Source: Pyrodictiaceae archaeon | Lineage (GTDB): Archaea > Thermoproteota > Thermoprotei_A > Sulfolobales > Pyrodictiaceae | DNA: 64,000 nt | Direction of reading: 5' to 3' | Assembly: GCA_027036135.1 (NCBI GenBank) | Contig: JALVSY010000007.1 | Coordinates: forward strand, 4,880 to 68,879 | Shown here: positions 61,924 through 64,000 of the stretch, piece after piece | Position numbering within the stretch: the stretch's first letter is position 1 | Layout: each line of letters begins with the position of its first letter | Translations under genes and position numbers: made by a program | Notes under the pieces: model-generated | Database searches by the model: none | What the model was told of the DNA's origin: nothing | The model's input: the letters and a program-made list of their open reading frames with translations, nothing else

Positions 61924-62152
61924 GTGTTCTACACCACGTATACTAGCTGACCGGACAGTTAATATCTTTTCCATAACTCCAGGGCGCCAGGCCCCATAAC
62001 CTAGTCAACAAAGAAGACCACTGAGCCGAGAACTCAACCATCCTTCCTCCCAAGCATCTATAGCGTATCAGTACTACTGAGCGACTCTGTGTTTATGGCA
62101 TAAACTTATAGCTAGGCGGGTTAGCCCCTACAGTACATGGAGGTAGCACTCC

Positions 62153-62374
62153 GTGGCACGCACCATAACGGTATCCGAGGAGGCATACGAGGCCTTGAAA
62201 CGCTACAAGAGGAGCGGGGAGAGTTTTTCTCAAGTAATACTCCGGCTTGTAGAGGAGGCTAGCAGAAAGGAGAGCCTACTAAGCCTGGCCGGGGCCTGGA
62301 GCGATATGAGTGACTCCGAGGAAGAGGAGCTAGTAAAGGAGATTCGCCGAGCGTGGCGCGAGTGGCGTGCATAG
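62153..62374 (+). CDS. vapB: VapB antitoxin (DUF217-like)
   Basis: RTITVSEEAYEAL...ESFSQVILRL. Confidence 0.9.
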   Translation: MARTITVSEEAYEALKRYKRSGESFSQVILRLVEEASRKESLLSLAGAWSDMSDSEEEELVKEIRRAWREWRA

Positions 62375-62763
62375 TCCTCGATACTGATCTACTCATAGCC
62401 CTTCTCCGCGGCAAAGAGAGAGCAATGAAGTACATTGCTAGGCTGGAGCATGAGAACCAGGAGCTAGCCACAACAGCGATTAACCTTTTCGAGCTATACT
62501 ATGGAGCCTACAAGAGCGGTAGCACGAGGAGAATAGAGGCGGTACGCAGCCTCCAGAGAATGCTCCGCAGCATAGACATCGACGAGAAGATTGCCGAGGC
62601 AGCTGGGCGCGAAGCAGCCCGCCTGGCCTCAAGAGGCATGCCCCTAGACTTCCGCGACGTACTCATAGGCGTCACGGCGAGGGAGAAGGGCTGCAAACTA
62701 GCAACATGCAACGTGAGGCATCTAGGCAGGATAGAGGCACTGACTATAGAGAAATGGTGCTAA
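62353..62763 (+). CDS. vapC: VapC PIN toxin
   Basis: VLDTDLLI, FELYYGA, DFRDVLIG and TCNVRH. Confidence 0.92.
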   Translation: MARVACIVLDTDLLIALLRGKERAMKYIARLEHENQELATTAINLFELYYGAYKSGSTRRIEAVRSLQRMLRSIDIDEKIAEAAGREAARLASRGMPLDFRDVLIGVTAREKGCKLATCNVRHLGRIEALTIEKWC

Positions 62764-62899
62764 CCAATACAGCATCAGTGAGGGGGCTCCTGATTAGTGA
62801 TCCTAGCTTCCTTTTCGGATCCTTTTCGGGACCTTTTCAACCACGGTGCACGTTCGAAGTCCTCATCAAGAGTAGCTATAGTGTCTACTCCATGCTCTT

Positions 62900-63185
62900 T
62901 ACAGGTTAGGGCTATTACTGCATCGTTTGAGGAGAGGTTATAGGCTTCCACGGTTTCTACAACTTTGGTTGCATAGGCTCTATCGGTAGAATAGTTATCT
63001 CTTCGAGAAAATCGAGTAAAGGCTGATAATTAGGTTTACGACGTAAACGGAGATGAACTCTTCTCACAACATGGAGCGCCTCTAGCACTACAATACTTGG
63101 AGCATAGAACTCCGGTGTAGAATCAATTATCTTAGCAACTACGCGGTCTCCTTGAAGATAGTAAATTATAGCGCTTATTCAATGC
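62900..63185 (-). pseudogene. PIN toxin remnant
   Basis: FYAPSIVVLEA fragment among stops, downstream of AbrB. Confidence 0.5.
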
Positions 63186-63400
63186 AGATACCCACCCTCT
63201 TTTACCTCCCGCAGAGCTTCCTCTAGGAGTTCTCTAGGCAGATAGGAGTAGCTCCCTGCCTTGCTCTTGGTAAGTATCACTGCTCCTTCTTTTATCCTCA
63301 CTACGAGTCTTTCGCCAGGTCTCAACCGTAGCTTCTCGGCTACCTCGTCACTAAATCCCGCAGTATTCTCATCAATAACGACCGCCACGCTGAATCCCAC
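63179..63400 (-). CDS. AbrB-like antitoxin
   Basis: EVAEKLRLRPGERLVVRI. Confidence 0.7.
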   Translation of the reverse strand: MGFSVAVVIDENTAGFSDEVAEKLRLRPGERLVVRIKEGAVILTKSKAGSYSYLPRELLEEALREVKEGGYLH

Positions 63401-63530
63401 TAGCCTAATTAGGCTGTTGAGAGCATAATTATAGTGTTCTACCTCGTCCTCACCGTGCCAATGCCCTACCGGCTCCGAGGAGTTCTTGAAAAGAAGATAG
63501 AAGGCCCGGTGAGGAGGCCGGGGTGTGCGG

Positions 63531-63869
63531 CTACTTTTCTTCTAGCTCTTTTTCTAGCTCTTTGATTCTCTTCTCGATTGCCTTGATTTGCTCGTCTATC
63601 ATTTTCCGCATTGCTTCTAGCCATTGTTTCTGGGCCTTCAGCATCTCTAGCTCGACTTCGGAGCTCACGGGGCCCGGGAACACTGCCTGGGGTGGCGGGT
63701 AGCTCCACGCTGGCATGGGTGGAGGCGCGTACTCCGGGGTGGGCGGGGCCTGCTCAAACCCCGGGTACGGTGGCTGGTAGGGTGGCTGATCCTCTTCCTC
63801 CTCGCTCCACCTCCTTCCCCGGCGCTTGCGCCCGTAGCCGTATCCGTAGCCAGGAGACCACCAAGACAC
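63531..63869 (-). CDS. DUF5320-like protein
   Basis: GYGYG/RRGRRW N-terminus, Pro-rich linker and coiled coil. Confidence 0.78.
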   Translation of the reverse strand: MSWWSPGYGYGYGRKRRGRRWSEEEEDQPPYQPPYPGFEQAPPTPEYAPPPMPAWSYPPPQAVFPGPVSSEVELEMLKAQKQWLEAMRKMIDEQIKAIEKRIKELEKELEEK

Positions 63870-64000
63870 GGATACTCACCACTTGGCTAAGGGTTCTCCT
63901 CTTCGGCCCTAATACGTTCTCCCCAAGCCTAGGCCAACGCTGGGCAATAGTAGTGCTGTTTTTGCTGGGTTCGCCTATTGCCCGCTAAGTGCTTATATAT

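Noticed and set aside
1-64000. tRNA genes, integrase or transposase; abundant CTAG
   Set aside because: No T-loop/cloverleaf or recombinase motifs were found. CTAG richness is window-wide background (CTA codons, TAG stops), not a local signal.

Overview
This looks like a hyperthermophilic crenarchaeal region (Desulfurococcales/Pyrodictiaceae-like; inferred from gene content and CTAG-rich coding style). 1-11.7 kb is the accessory edge of a type III CRISPR locus: three arrays with four repeat variants, two Crn1-like ring nucleases, Csx1 and a NurA-HerA pair. No core cas genes are in the window. The middle carries about 18 intact or decayed toxin-antitoxin-type modules among redox, membrane and housekeeping genes. 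49-60 kb holds a his operon with an unusual HisI-phosphoribosyltransferase fusion. It is separated from hisC by a low-GC island encoding a 16-aa Cys peptide, an apparently inactive gluzincin and an ABC exporter. The main finding is at 43391-45305: a ~1.9 kb GC-rich non-coding imperfect inverted repeat. Its mismatches are mostly G.U-compatible on the minus strand, it has a TATA box and a U-rich end at its borders, and it lies next to a tandemly duplicated wHTH/AbrB-like divergon. It is a candidate giant rod-shaped ncRNA. All calls were made by eye; no searches were run.
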